Part shown: positions 1-10,934 of the stretch, in pieces
Layout: each line of letters begins with the position of its first letter
Numbering within the stretch: position 1 is the stretch's first letter
From: Acidobacteriota bacterium
GTDB taxonomy: Bacteria; Acidobacteriota; UBA6911; RPQK01; JAJDTT01
Length of the DNA: 64,000 bases
Reading direction: 5' to 3'
NCBI GenBank assembly: GCA_965263035.1
Contig: OZ253580.1
Span: forward strand, 5,600,001-5,664,000
Translations under genes and position numbers: made by a program
The notes under the pieces: generated by a model
What the model was told of the DNA's origin: nothing
Databases searched by the model: none
What the model saw: only the letters and a program-made list of their open reading frames with translations

Positions 1-1
1 T

Positions 2-418
2 ACGGCGGTGCTGGACCAGCGCATCCAGGCCGTGGTCAGCAGTTGCGGATTCGATTCCTATCTGGATTATTACGGCGGCGACACGGCTCGCTGGTACTTC
101 GGGAAGGGCTGGTGCCAGATCCGTTACATGCCCCGGCTGTCCAACTACCGGGGACGCTTGGAGAAGATCCCGTTCGATTTTCACGAGTTGCTGGGCGCCC
201 TGGCTCCACGTCCAATCTTCGTCAATGCCCCGCTGGGAGACGGCAACTTCCAATGGCGGAGTGTCGACCGCTGCGTCGCCGCGGCGAGGCCCGTCTATCG
301 CCTTCTGGGGGATGAGAAGAACCTCATCGTCCGTCATCCAGACTGCGGCCACGAGTTCCCGGATGAAGTCCGGTACGAAGCCTTCCGATTCATCGATTCG
401 GTGTTGAAGAGAAGATAG
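2..418 (+). CDS. alpha/beta-hydrolase (esterase-like), 5'-partial
   Basis: Frame is open from the window edge; DQRIQAVVSSCG, LAPRPIFVNAP and C-terminal GHEFP motifs. Confidence 0.7.
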   Translation, partial: TAVLDQRIQAVVSSCGFDSYLDYYGGDTARWYFGKGWCQIRYMPRLSNYRGRLEKIPFDFHELLGALAPRPIFVNAPLGDGNFQWRSVDRCVAAARPVYRLLGDEKNLIVRHPDCGHEFPDEVRYEAFRFIDSVLKRR

Positions 419-430
419 GAGACAAGGCAC

Positions 431-1048
431 ATGTCTAAACATGAAGACGACACGAGTACGGACCAGCCGAACACCGGTCTGCACAAGCGTATTCTTACTA
501 CTCTCATGCGTCAGTATGAGAAGCCGGTCATGAACAACACTTATCGTGCCGATTATGTGGAATGTTTGATTGCGTTTACGCTCGGAAACAATTGGTCGCT
601 GACTTGGACAAAGGGATGGGACTGGGCCGCATGGGACTGCCAGCACACGAACGGAACGCGGCTTGAGATCAAGCAGTCCGCGGCAAGACAATCATGGGAC
701 CGTGAGAATCGCGCCAAGCGCAGATAACCTCAGTTCGACATCAAACCGCGTACTGGATATTGGACGCAGGACGGGAGCCGATGGGTGGACTCGCCGGGTC
801 GTTTGGCGGATGTGTATATTTTCGCGTGGCACGATAAACGGCGAGTTGGAAATGCGGATCACCGAGACGCCGACCAATGGGTTTTTTTCGTGGTACCAGA
901 AACGGACTTACCCCGGGAACAAAAGAGCATTGGATTGGGCAGGCTCAAGAAAATAGGGTCTCCGTGTCGCATCTGGGACCTGAGCCTCTCGGTCGAGAAT
1001 GCATGCCCCCCACTGGGAGTACTGAAGGCTGAAATCGAGTCGGTCTAA
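431..1048 (+). pseudogene. PD-(D/E)XK-like hypothetical protein interrupted by an in-frame TAA (725-727)
   Basis: ORFs 431-727 and 785-1048 share a frame; the read-through NRAKRR*PQFDIKPRTGYW is continuous; WD...LEIKQS motif. Confidence 0.65.
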
Positions 1049-1154
1049 CCTGAAGTTTATCCACTGAGGTCGTGCGATTACCACCGCCGCCACTGGACGG
1101 CGCTCCCTGATTCATCCGGTTTTCAGGGGGATCGGAAGCCGAGACCCGACCCGA

Positions 1155-3926
1155 TCAATCCAGGGAGATTGCGACCCGCTTGAGAACCGCGAAACGGTCT
1201 CCGTTATCGGACCTAAGGGTCACCCGATACTGGAGGCAGCGGTCGCTCTCCTCCACCGCAGCACTTCCCTCGAAGGGTCTCCACGCGCTTCCCTGCAGCG
1301 CCTCCCCCGTGTCCGCGCTCCGCAGCTCGAAGCTCAGGCCGGTTCCTTCCGGAGCGTCGGCCTGGACCTCCAGGGCCGCACCACCGGCGGCTCCCTCCCA
1401 GTGAAACAGGGAGGACTCGTACGTCTGCTCCCAGCGGCGATGGGCGATGTGGCCCATGTCCTGATCGCCCATCCAGTGGGGCCCGATGGTGGGCAGGAAT
1501 TGGACCCGGGGATCGGCGAAGCGGTTGCCGTCGTTGAAATAGACCCGCGAGGAGGTGTGGTGGTCGCCGTCCTTGGTGTGACACGACACGGCCAGGTCCA
1601 AGCGCCCGTCCCGGTCGAAATCTCCGGCCTGGGCGTCGTGGGCCGAATCACAGATGAGGATGGTCCGGTTCCGAGTCCCCAGGCCCTCGGGACCTCCCCA
1701 GTAGAGGTAGCAGGGAAGGGACTCGCGGGTCAGTTCCGCGTGGTAGTGGGGAGAGAAGACGTCCAGGTACCCGTCGCCGTCCCAGTCGGCCACGGCCAGG
1801 CCGATGGGGGTGAAGCCCGGAAGCCACTGGGCGTTCCAGGCCCGGAATCCCCCTTGGGATCCCCAAAAGATAAGGCTCCCCGTGTCGTGGTGACCCGACG
1901 GCTTGTCGTAATAGCTGCCCACCAACAGGTCCTGGAAACCGTCCTGGTTCAGGTCCGCCGTCTCCAGACTGATGGGCATGGGAGAGTCGACGCCTCCCTG
2001 GCGTTTTGCGTCGAACCCCTCGGGACCGCCCCAGAAGACTCGGACGCGGTCTGCCATGCTGGAGCTAACGGCGATGTCGAGCCATCCGTCCCGGTTGAAA
2101 TCGGCCACCGCGCACCCTGTGGACCGCCCCGGAGAGGGGACGGCGGCCCTCCGGCTGCCGTCAAAACCCCGGGCCGTTCCGTAGTGGATGACCAGTTCGT
2201 CGGGGGTCTCTGGGTCCCGGTCCTCAAAGGCGCCCAGAATCAGATCCAAATGGCCGTCCCGGTCCAGATCGGCCACGTTGCTGGACCCGAGATTGAGCTC
2301 GCGTAGCGTCGTCCGGCGTTCCAGGTCGAACCCGCCGGCGCCTCCCCACAGGATGTTGGCACCCAGAATGGGTGAGGCCAGGGCCGCCGCGCCGCCGTGG
2401 CCCGAGTTCAGGACCACGAGATCGGCGTAACCGTCAGCGTTCAGATCGGCGCCGGTGGACTCGTATCCGCTCTGAAACGGGATCTCCCAGACGGAATCGG
2501 CGTCGAAGCCTTTGGGACCGCCCCAATAGACCTGAAGCGGCACCTTCTCGTCCACGGTCCCTTTTCGGCTGTTGGAGAAGGCGGCATGGGCCGGAACCGA
2601 GTCGCGGGCGGGGATGACGACGACGTCGGTCGCTCCGATGGTCTCGACGCCCCGTCCCGATCTCTCCAGAGTTCGGCCTTCTATGCCCCAATAGATCCAG
2701 GAATCGGTGGTGAAGCTGTCGGCGCCCTGGTAGCGGGCCAGCGCCAGGTCGGCACGGCCGTCGGCGTTCAAGTCGCCGATGGCGGAAGCCGACGCGAACG
2801 GAGCCTCCAGATCGAGGCGCGCTTCTCTGGAATAGCCGGACGGACCACCCCACAACACCCGGACCAGATTCGAGTCGCGGCCGGCGCCGGCAATTTCTCC
2901 TCCACCGGCTCGGGAAAGGGCCAGATCCACCAGGACCAGGTCGGGCTAATCGTCCGCGTCCAGCCGTCCCGAGGCCACGTGCGTGGCGGGAAACGCCGGG
3001 ATCGAGACCGCCGTCTGAAACTGTCTTCCCGGACTCCCCTCCGCAATGTAAAAGTCGTCTCCTCCCGTTCCCACTAGGAGATCGGGAAGGGTGTCCCGGT
3101 TCACGTCGTCCGCCTCCAGGCAGATCCCTCCGGTGCCCGGAAGCGGGATCCGGGTCGATTCGGGAGCTTCCGTCTTCCCGCCGGGCGCGGACCAGAACAG
3201 TTGGACGTTGCGTTTGGCCAGAACTGCCACGTCCCGGCCTCCGTCCCCGTCCAGGTCCTCGGCGACCAGGTCGATGCCATCGGGAACACCGAGGTCCAGC
3301 CGCCGGGCCAGCAGGTATCCGCGTTCGCTACCCCAGAAGATGCGGACGATGTTGCCCTCGGGTTGTCCGGGGAGCCACGCCTCCCGGTTCAGGGTCACGA
3401 TTTCAGGCCAGTCGTCCCGGTTCAGATCGGCGATGGCTACGGCTTGCGCGCCGTACACCGGAAGGACCCCGTTGCTCCGGGAGGCCGGCCAGCCGTCTTC
3501 ACCTCCCCAGATGATGGTCAGCAGCCGGCGCGGATTCTGGATTCCGCCGTGGTTTGGACAGAAGACCAGGTCGGGGTGGCCGTCCCGGTTCAGATCGGCC
3601 GCGGCGATGCCCTTGCTTCCCTCCACCGCCAGAGGCGACTCAAGGAGGCTGCCGTCCGAATTCACCGAGACCAGGGTTCCCGGCAGGTATCCGGCGGTGT
3701 CGTGAGTACTGTTGAAGACCAGGTCCAGGAAGCCGTCCTGGTTCAGGTCGAAGCGATGAATGGTGCGGATGGAGCCGTCCCGGCTCACGTACAGGTTCTG
3801 GCCGGAGGCGTCCAGCCGCCCGTCGGCGAAATCCTGGAACGAGTCTTCGACCCAGACGGTCTTTCTGGCTGCCTGCAGTGGGGAAAGTGTAAGGATCAGG
3901 GAGAGGAGAAATCCGATTGCTCTCAT
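1155..3926 (-). pseudogene. secreted FG-GAP/VCBS repeat protein interrupted by an in-frame TAG (2946-2948)
   Basis: Signal peptide MRAIGFLLSL; many DLNxDGxxDL repeats; the two ORFs share a frame (LDADD*PDLVLVDLA); 924 codons versus 934 for the paralogue at 16186-18987. Confidence 0.8.
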
Positions 3927-3991
3927 CGCGCAAGTATAGCAACAACCAGGAATTGTGAATTTGAGAGGGAAGAAGAGGAGAGCGATTCGCG

Positions 3992-4999
3992 TCACTTCTG
4001 TCGGTCCAGCCAAGCGCGCAGGCGCGCGGCTTCCTCGTCCGCGAGCGGGTCGAGTTCGGCTTGATAGAGCCGTGAGCGAACGACGAAACGGTCCATGTCG
4101 TCTGGCGCCGTGTCCCGTTCGATGACTTCCTGCACCTTGCGCGTGAAGAAGTGGCCCCAGTCGGGTTTCCGCCCGTCGAGGTCGGTGAAGCCGTACTCCC
4201 TTGCCAGTCCCCAGCTTGAGAACAGCCCGCCGTTCTTCTGCTCGACATGGGGATCAGCGGCCAGCGCCGCCACCGCTCGGCCAACGAAGCAGGGCGTCTC
4301 GGACTCGGCGAAATAAGGATCTTTCTCGATGCCGTCCCGCCAGTTCGCCTCGGTGACCCCCAAGACGTCGAGCACCGCCTCGGAGCGGAGAAAGCCCGGG
4401 GTGATCGCCAGCGCGGTCACCTGATGGGCGTGCAGGTCGGCGGCCATCGCGTAGGCGAGCCGGATCACGGCGTTCTTGGCCAGGTCGTAGAAGAGGTTTC
4501 CCCGGTACCCGAGCGTATCGCCATCGGTCACCTCGACGATGAGCCCGGCATTGCGCTCGACCATCAGCGGTGCGCCGTGCCGGCTCGTGATGATGTGACT
4601 GTGGACGGCGCGCTCCAACAACTCCATGCCCTGGGCCGTGGAAAGCGTCCAGAATGGCGATCCCCACTCCGTCAGCGCATCGCCGCCCCATATGTCGTTG
4701 ACCAGGACGTCCAGCCGATCCTGTTCGTCGCGGATGCGGGCGAAGAGTTGCTCGACTTCGGACTCAAGGGTGTGGTCGGTCCGTATGGCGAAGCCCCGGC
4801 CACCCTCCGCGGTGACCATCTCCGCCGTCTCCTCGATCGTCTCGGGTCGCCCAGCGGTGGCGGGGTGGCCCCGCACGCTGCGACCGGTGCAGTACACGGT
4901 GGCCCCCGCCGCGCCCAGCATCCGGGCGATGCCGCGGCCGGCGCCGCGCGTCGCGCCGGCGACGACTGCCACCCGGTCAAGCAGGGGCCGGTTCGGCAT
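3992..4999 (-). CDS. SDR family oxidoreductase
   Basis: GATRGAGRG Rossmann motif; YDLAK catalytic YxxxK. Confidence 0.9.
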   Translation of the reverse strand: MPNRPLLDRVAVVAGATRGAGRGIARMLGAAGATVYCTGRSVRGHPATAGRPETIEETAEMVTAEGGRGFAIRTDHTLESEVEQLFARIRDEQDRLDVLVNDIWGGDALTEWGSPFWTLSTAQGMELLERAVHSHIITSRHGAPLMVERNAGLIVEVTDGDTLGYRGNLFYDLAKNAVIRLAYAMAADLHAHQVTALAITPGFLRSEAVLDVLGVTEANWRDGIEKDPYFAESETPCFVGRAVAALAADPHVEQKNGGLFSSWGLAREYGFTDLDGRKPDWGHFFTRKVQEVIERDTAPDDMDRFVVRSRLYQAELDPLADEEAARLRAWLDRQK

Positions 5000-5327
5000 G
5001 GTTCGAGACTCAGCCAACACCCTGCTCATCGAGCCCGGCAACTCAAACCCTCGCGTTCCATCAACCGCATGGGATCCCGGAGATTCGGTATATCGAGGTT
5101 CGCGGACTGCATTTCAGCGCGTTATTGAGAGGCTCTGAGAGTAGCGGATCATCCTGTCCAGCGTCCACGTGTGCGTCACGGCATTACAGGGATGTTGTTC
5201 CGGACCTGCACGAGGCACTGTTCAAGAAACGTCTGGTCTACAATGAAGGGCAAGTGGAGTGGCACGATGAGTTGTCCTGGTTCCATTGAGTTGGCTGATC
5301 CGGTTAGTGGTTCCAGGAGGAGGAAGT

Positions 5328-5447
5328 ATGAGCGTACTCACAGTTGTCGGAATAGCAGTGATGTGTTTCTTTCTTTACCAGATTAAAGAAATTCTGGAGA
5401 GGCTGGATGGACGGGTGTCGAGAATTGAGGACCAGCTCGCTGACTAG
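5328..5447 (+). CDS. 39-aa small membrane protein (TM helix plus coiled tail)
   Basis: AGGAGGAGG RBS directly upstream; translates as MSVLTVVGIAVMCFFLYQIKEILERLDGRVSRIEDQLAD; too short for the ORF track. Confidence 0.55.
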   Translation: MSVLTVVGIAVMCFFLYQIKEILERLDGRVSRIEDQLAD

Positions 5448-5538
5448 GAAGGCCCCTACCGGGCGCGGGCCGGCTCAATCCCGGCAGAAAAAGGGAATTT
5501 GGGAGCGCAAACATTCCAGCCAGCGGTTACGGATCGGA

Positions 5539-5572
5539 GATGAAGAGGGGGACAGGAATGTCCCCCCTCCTA
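5539..5572. repeat. REP-like palindrome
   Basis: GAGGGGGACA-GGAA-TGTCCCCCCTC hairpin; near-identical copy at 23432-23465. Confidence 0.7.
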
Positions 5573-5607
5573 TGAGCGAAACCGGAGATCACTTCAGATG
5601 GGTGGCC

Positions 5608-6247
5608 GGGAGGGACGCATGAGACTCAAGGACAAGGTGGCGTTGGTGACGGGGTCTTCGGGGGGACTGGGCACCGGCATCTGCCGGGCCTTCGCCGCGG
5701 AGGGCACCGACTGTGTCGTGAATTACAACAGCGACCGGGCGGGGGGACAGGAGACCGCCGACTTGGTGGAGCACCTCGGCAGGAAGAGCCTCCTGGTCCA
5801 GGCTGACATCTCCCGGGAAGACCAGGTCCAGGCCATGGTGGATGCGGCGTTGGAACGCTTCGGCCGCCTGGACGTCGTCGTGGCCAATGCCGGCTATGGT
5901 CTGGCCAAGCCACTGCTGGAAACCCGGGTGGAAGAATTCGAGAAGCTGGTTCGCACCAACCTCATCGGGACCTACCTGACGGTCCGCATCGGGGCCCAGG
6001 CCATGAAGTCGCAGGGCAGCGGCAAGATCATCACCATGTCCTCGGTCCACGGACTGGGCGGGACCCACTACTGCTCCCTCTACGAAGCCACCAAGGCGGG
6101 AATCCTCAACTTCACCCGCGGCGCCGCCTTCGATCTGGGCGATTACAACATCCAGGTCAACTGCATTGCCCCGGGAGCCGTGCCCGTACCCAAGGACCCG
6201 CTCCCGGACAAAGATAGCCCACTGTATGCTGCCTGAATGCAGTACAC
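5608..6247 (+). repeat. 640-bp direct repeat (other copy at 10123-10762)
   Basis: Colinear at a constant offset of 4515 bp; almost identical at the 5' end, diverging at the 3' end. Confidence 0.95.
5619..6236 (+). pseudogene. truncated duplicate of the SDR at 10134-10934
   Basis: Same N-terminal ~200 aa; TGG changed to TGA at 6234-6236; homology ends at about 6247. Confidence 0.85.
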
Positions 6248-6379
6248 ATTGCACCGGGACTGTCCCCATCATTGGGTAAAGTAGGGGGCGAACTCTTTGC
6301 CGCTCAACAGCAATTAGATATGAGTGGAGTTTAGCTCTCTGTGGGAGTGGGGGAGGTGTCAACTAATGTCTATAATTCC

Positions 6380-7144
6380 CTATTCCTGGGGCTGGTTCCG
6401 ATTCAACATAAACACGGCAGTATCGGCACCTAACTGGATCCACTCGAACCGATAGTAGCCACCGGGGTGACCGTTAGAGTAGAAGTAAACCTGTTCTCCT
6501 GGTTGTTCACCAGCCATGACAGCACGAACTCCATCTCGCACCTCATCCAACATGTACTTCACCGCGCCACGTCGAATTCCCCCATATCCCCAGATTACGT
6601 GATCTGCAGCGACACCAAAGATACAGATGGGCCTGCATTGCGCGCAACGTATCGCTGTCGCAGTTATTGACGTGCCAAAGGTTCGGGTTAAACTCATAAT
6701 GTCATTAATAGTAAGAATAACAGGTAGTCGAGCCTCAAATATCGACGTCGGCATCAGGCATTCAGCGGCCAGCATATCGCAGACACGTTCGACACTACTC
6801 CCGGTGCGAGGCGCGTTCCTTCCTGTACGGTCCAAGATCACGTGCGCTAGTTCGTGAGCAACAGTAAAACGTTGGCGGGAGTGTGGTTGATCTGAAGAAC
6901 AAACAATACGATACTCCCCATTCTCTTTATGCAGCTCACCGGAGCCGGGAAAACTCTCGTAAGAAATCTCCCGCACGCCCACCTTACGTCCCACCTCCAC
7001 GAGATCGGTTGGTGGACATGAGACATCCCGTATGAGTTCTGCGATCACAAACTTCACGGCGTCGCTCAATGTCCGTGCATTTGGGGCGAGTGAGCGAATA
7101 CGGCGCTCCGCTGCACCAATAGCTTTAGTTCTTCTCCTTACCAT
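6380..7144 (-). CDS. ImmA/IrrE family (peptidase M78) Zn metallopeptidase
   Basis: RQRFTVAHELAH (HExxH) and ERVCDMLAAECLMP motifs. Confidence 0.85.
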   Translation of the reverse strand: MVRRRTKAIGAAERRIRSLAPNARTLSDAVKFVIAELIRDVSCPPTDLVEVGRKVGVREISYESFPGSGELHKENGEYRIVCSSDQPHSRQRFTVAHELAHVILDRTGRNAPRTGSSVERVCDMLAAECLMPTSIFEARLPVILTINDIMSLTRTFGTSITATAIRCAQCRPICIFGVAADHVIWGYGGIRRGAVKYMLDEVRDGVRAVMAGEQPGEQVYFYSNGHPGGYYRFEWIQLGADTAVFMLNRNQPQE

Positions 7145-9060
7145 TCTGGCTGATCCACGACATATTGTTCTTTTGCCCGTCCGATAACACCGTCCAAGTA
7201 AGCTCGGGGTACTCTTCTTCGATACGATGTTCCTTGGCGTCGTGCCGCCATTTCGTCTCTAACGATTCGAGCTACGCGGACGCGTACACCTATAGGTTCT
7301 ACCGCTAGGAGTCGTTTTGTTTCTTTGTCCATCCAAGCCGCATTTCGCTCGATTTCCCAATGTGCCATGTCGGCGGCCGGATCTTCTAGCTCGTCCCAGA
7401 TCCTCACGGCCGCCGTAAAATCGGCCAGAGCCTTCTTATTGTCATCCATAGCGCTACGAACCCGTCCTCGTTGTAGGTATGCACGAGCCATAATTTCGGA
7501 ATTCTGCGCGTCTTTTTCACTGGTTCTTGCCGCCAGCACTTCCGTATAGATGCTCTCAGCACTTCGGCGACTAATGTGTGTCATTAGATCACCCTTTACG
7601 ATCTGCAGATCAAGATAGTCCTTGTTATCTGGGTTGACTAGACGCTGCTCTGCCTCCCCTATTGCCGCACGCGCGGCTTGTCTATTGTTGGCCTCAAGGT
7701 ACGTACGAGCCAGGAGGCTGTAGCAGTCCCCTACCTCATCCGCCCACTTTAGTGTGGAAAACTCATGGATCGCCTTGCGCAAATGTTCGACACTTTCCTC
7801 AAGCAGTCGAGATTTCCGGTCAGCGTCCCGAGCAATTTCCGACTCCATACGTTTTAGGCGTCCAATACATTTGTAGCAGAATGCCGTGTTTCGATCCGAA
7901 TGGATGGCCACGCCCAGTCTCAGACTGTGTTCGGCGTGGGTAACGGCTGCGGATAGACGTCCAGTCCGCTGGTAGACCCAAGAAACTCCACAAATTGTTG
8001 CAATGGCTTCGTCTTTGACTCGCTCCCGTCCACGTCCCTCTACCTTCGATGCCTCAATGGAACGCCGGGCAATGTCCAGGACGAGGCGCTTTTTACCGGA
8101 CGATTTCAGATAGGATTGAATAATCCGGAATGTGCTTGATATTTGCACTGACGCAGTCCGAATGTCAGCTGTCATAGTAAGCTTAACGACATTCATCATC
8201 TGCGCCCGACGGGTCGCATTGTGGTGGTCTTTAATAAAGTTGAGGGAAGCTTCAAGGGCTAAAGTTATCAAACGTTTTGAGGGGTCTGGAATACCATCAG
8301 AAAATCGATCTTCTACGGTTACTGTGGTTTCCTCGATCTTGAGAAAACCGATTTGCACCAGCCGCTGTAGCGCCGTCGGAACCTGCGCAATCTCGCGACC
8401 AATTACACGAGCAACTACTTTAATGGGTAGAGGATCGGGGCACAGGCTGAGTAACGCGCTTGCTCTCGATTCGCATGCGTCAAGACGGGGTAAGCGCCTA
8501 GGTACGTTGCCAAGTGGTGGCCTTGACACCCGAGGTTGGTTCGTCAGGGCACGATGAAGTTCGCCGTACCCGGATTCTGTGCTGAGGTCGTAGTAGGTTG
8601 CGCTCTTTAGTAAAGACGGGATGTAGTCGACGTCTGCTTGATCAAGTACGACTGGAATCACTCGGTGGTTTGCCCCGGCATCATATAGGCTTTGCAGGAT
8701 CATTCGTCCTTCCCACCTCGCTCCCTTACCCTTTCCAGGAGTTTCGTTGCCGTCGAAGCGTCGCTCGAACGTTTCAGTGCACACGGCGATGACGAAATCT
8801 GAATTCTCTATTTTTCTCTTCATCCAGAGAGGCCATCCTTCAGGTGGAGACACCTCGAATCTGTCGATCTCACAGTCGACGCCCTCGGCCCTTAATTTCT
8901 TCACCAAATCAAGTACCTGTTCATTGTGTTCCGCTGTCTCATGGGTATAAGTGATGAATGCAGTTGGCGGCCGCTTGTCACGTGAGGAGTCGAGAGGAGG
9001 AACGGCCCCGCCAAAGGGAAGCGGAGGTGACGATAATCTCAGGCGCGGTCGGTTTGGCAT
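7138..9060 (-). CDS. SEFIR/TIR domain protein with wHTH-like segment and TPR repeats
   Basis: AFITYTHE...LRAEGVDCEIDRF...GWPLWM...SDFVIAVCT is SEFIR-like; C-terminal TPR-like helices; lower GC than the flanks. Confidence 0.8.
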   Translation of the reverse strand: MPNRPRLRLSSPPLPFGGAVPPLDSSRDKRPPTAFITYTHETAEHNEQVLDLVKKLRAEGVDCEIDRFEVSPPEGWPLWMKRKIENSDFVIAVCTETFERRFDGNETPGKGKGARWEGRMILQSLYDAGANHRVIPVVLDQADVDYIPSLLKSATYYDLSTESGYGELHRALTNQPRVSRPPLGNVPRRLPRLDACESRASALLSLCPDPLPIKVVARVIGREIAQVPTALQRLVQIGFLKIEETTVTVEDRFSDGIPDPSKRLITLALEASLNFIKDHHNATRRAQMMNVVKLTMTADIRTASVQISSTFRIIQSYLKSSGKKRLVLDIARRSIEASKVEGRGRERVKDEAIATICGVSWVYQRTGRLSAAVTHAEHSLRLGVAIHSDRNTAFCYKCIGRLKRMESEIARDADRKSRLLEESVEHLRKAIHEFSTLKWADEVGDCYSLLARTYLEANNRQAARAAIGEAEQRLVNPDNKDYLDLQIVKGDLMTHISRRSAESIYTEVLAARTSEKDAQNSEIMARAYLQRGRVRSAMDDNKKALADFTAAVRIWDELEDPAADMAHWEIERNAAWMDKETKRLLAVEPIGVRVRVARIVRDEMAARRQGTSYRRRVPRAYLDGVIGRAKEQYVVDQPEW

Positions 9061-9208
9061 TTAATAAGTATAGATCATGTGATCCGGTTGCGCTTCAAGA
9101 GTTCCAGATGGAAACTGCAGACCTGTGCCAGCAGCCGCTTGCGCACATTGGGAAGGCCCGCGCGATGATCCGACGCTTTCGTCCGATTTCGAAATGATGA
9201 GCAGTGGG

Positions 9209-9824
9209 TCATTGCACGTGTTCGCTTCTTTGGAGCTGCAAACGATGGCCTTGGCCAGACCACCGACACATCCTCTTGGGCCGTCCAGAGCGTCTCTGCC
9301 ATTGCTTTTGTGTCACCGGGCTACGCCTTAGCACGTTCATAGCCACCACCACCGCCTCCACGTCTACCGCCTCTTTCGCCTTGTAAGCCCGGCGGGACCA
9401 ACCATCCTTGATCATTTTGGTCTTGGCGTCCGAGTTACGGGAATTCTTTCACTCCTGGTTGCTCGTGTTCTTGCGCTTGCGTTTCCGTTCGAATCGCACC
9501 CAGTCTGCCCGAGTCGGATTCTTCACTCCCGAGGTCGTCGTCGATCCCTTTACGAACGTCTCGCAGCATCCCCCCACACCCTCACGGACGATGCTTAGCA
9601 TCGCTGGATTCGCATTCAACAGCGTTGCACCAGCCCCAATCGGTCGTCCCCACATCTGCCTTATCTCCGCGAGGCGTTCCAGCATCCAGGCGAACACCGC
9701 CCGGTACGTCTCCGTGTCGATGGATCGCCGGACCCGCGACGGAGTTAACTCCACCTTGGCCGAAAACCGAACCGAAACCTATCCGGTCGAACAGCACGTC
9801 GTCCGCCGCGAAGCGCACCGCCAC
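9209..9824 (-). mobile_element. degenerate IS1182/IS5-like transposase remnant
   Basis: Fragments SRVRRSIDTETYRAVFAW, ATLLNANPAMLSIVR, PTRADWVRFERKRK and KDGWSRRAYKAKEAVDVE, broken by stops and frame changes. Confidence 0.7.
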
Positions 9825-10133
9825 AGCATTTCTTCGCGTGAGGAATGACGCGAAATGGAAGCAGTGTCAGAACAACCTTCGGAAGATCATCGACTACCCG
9901 ACCAATGGTGAGGTGACCCCAATCTACACCTACGCGATGGCTGACCTTCTCGTAGCCGACCCTTGTCCGCTAAGAACCGAGTATTGGCCTTGATAGAATG
10001 AATCGCGCTCGCCGATTGCGGATCGGTCTTCGTCTCTTGCGGAATGTATCCCGTCAGTTATTCCGAGTTCGCATCATCTCTAATTCCGCCCCGCCCCGCC
10101 CCGATGTGCATAATGGATGGCGGGGAGGGACGC

Positions 10134-10934
10134 ATGAGACTCAAGGACAAGGTGGCGTTGGTGACGGGGTCTTCGGGGGGACTGGGCACCGGCATCTGCC
10201 GGGCCTTCGCCGCGGAGGGCGCCGACTGTGTCGTGAATTACAACAGCGACCGGGCGGGGGGACAGGAGACCGCCGACTTGGTGGAGCACCTCGGCAGGAA
10301 GAGCCTCCTGGTCCAGGCTGACATCTCCCGGGAAGACCAGGTCCAGGCCATGGTGGATGCGGCGTTGGAACGCTTCGGCCGCCTGGACGTCGTCGTGGCC
10401 AATGCCGGCTATGGTCTGGCCAAGCCGTTGCTGGAAACCCGGGTGGAAGAGTTCGAGAAACTGGTCAGGACCAACCTCATCGGGACCTACCTGACGGTCC
10501 GCATCGGGGCCCAGGCCATGAAGTCGCAGGGCAGCGGCAAGATCATCACCATGTCCTCGGTCCACGGACTGGGCGGGACCCACTACTGCTCCCTCTACGA
10601 AGCCACCAAGGCGGGGATTCTCAACTTCACCCGCGGCGCCGCCTTCGACCTGGGGGAATACAACATCCAGGTCAACTGCATCGCGCCGGGAGCCGTGCCC
10701 GTACCCAAGGACCCGCCTCCGGACAAGGACGGTGCTCTGTACAAGGCCTGGATGCAGTACACGCCCCTCTCCCGTTTCGGAACACCGGCAGACGTGGCGG
10801 GAGCGGCGGTCTTTCTGGCCTGCAGCGACAGCGACTGGATCACTGGGCAGGTCATCGTGGTGGATGGCGGCATCACCGCCGGCCATCTCATCCCCTCCTT
10901 CAAATACTACGGCGCCAAACCCCGAATGGACTGA
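10134..10934 (+). CDS. SDR family oxidoreductase (FabG/glucose dehydrogenase-like)
   Basis: TGSSGGLG, ANAG, YEATK and VDGG motifs. Confidence 0.9.
   Translation: MRLKDKVALVTGSSGGLGTGICRAFAAEGADCVVNYNSDRAGGQETADLVEHLGRKSLLVQADISREDQVQAMVDAALERFGRLDVVVANAGYGLAKPLLETRVEEFEKLVRTNLIGTYLTVRIGAQAMKSQGSGKIITMSSVHGLGGTHYCSLYEATKAGILNFTRGAAFDLGEYNIQVNCIAPGAVPVPKDPPPDKDGALYKAWMQYTPLSRFGTPADVAGAAVFLACSDSDWITGQVIVVDGGITAGHLIPSFKYYGAKPRMD

Noticed and set aside
6256-9921. Degenerate inverted repeat around the SEFIR insert (CCCCATCATTGG / CCAATGGTGAGG)
   Set aside because: Only about 13/20 matches and no target duplication; could be chance.
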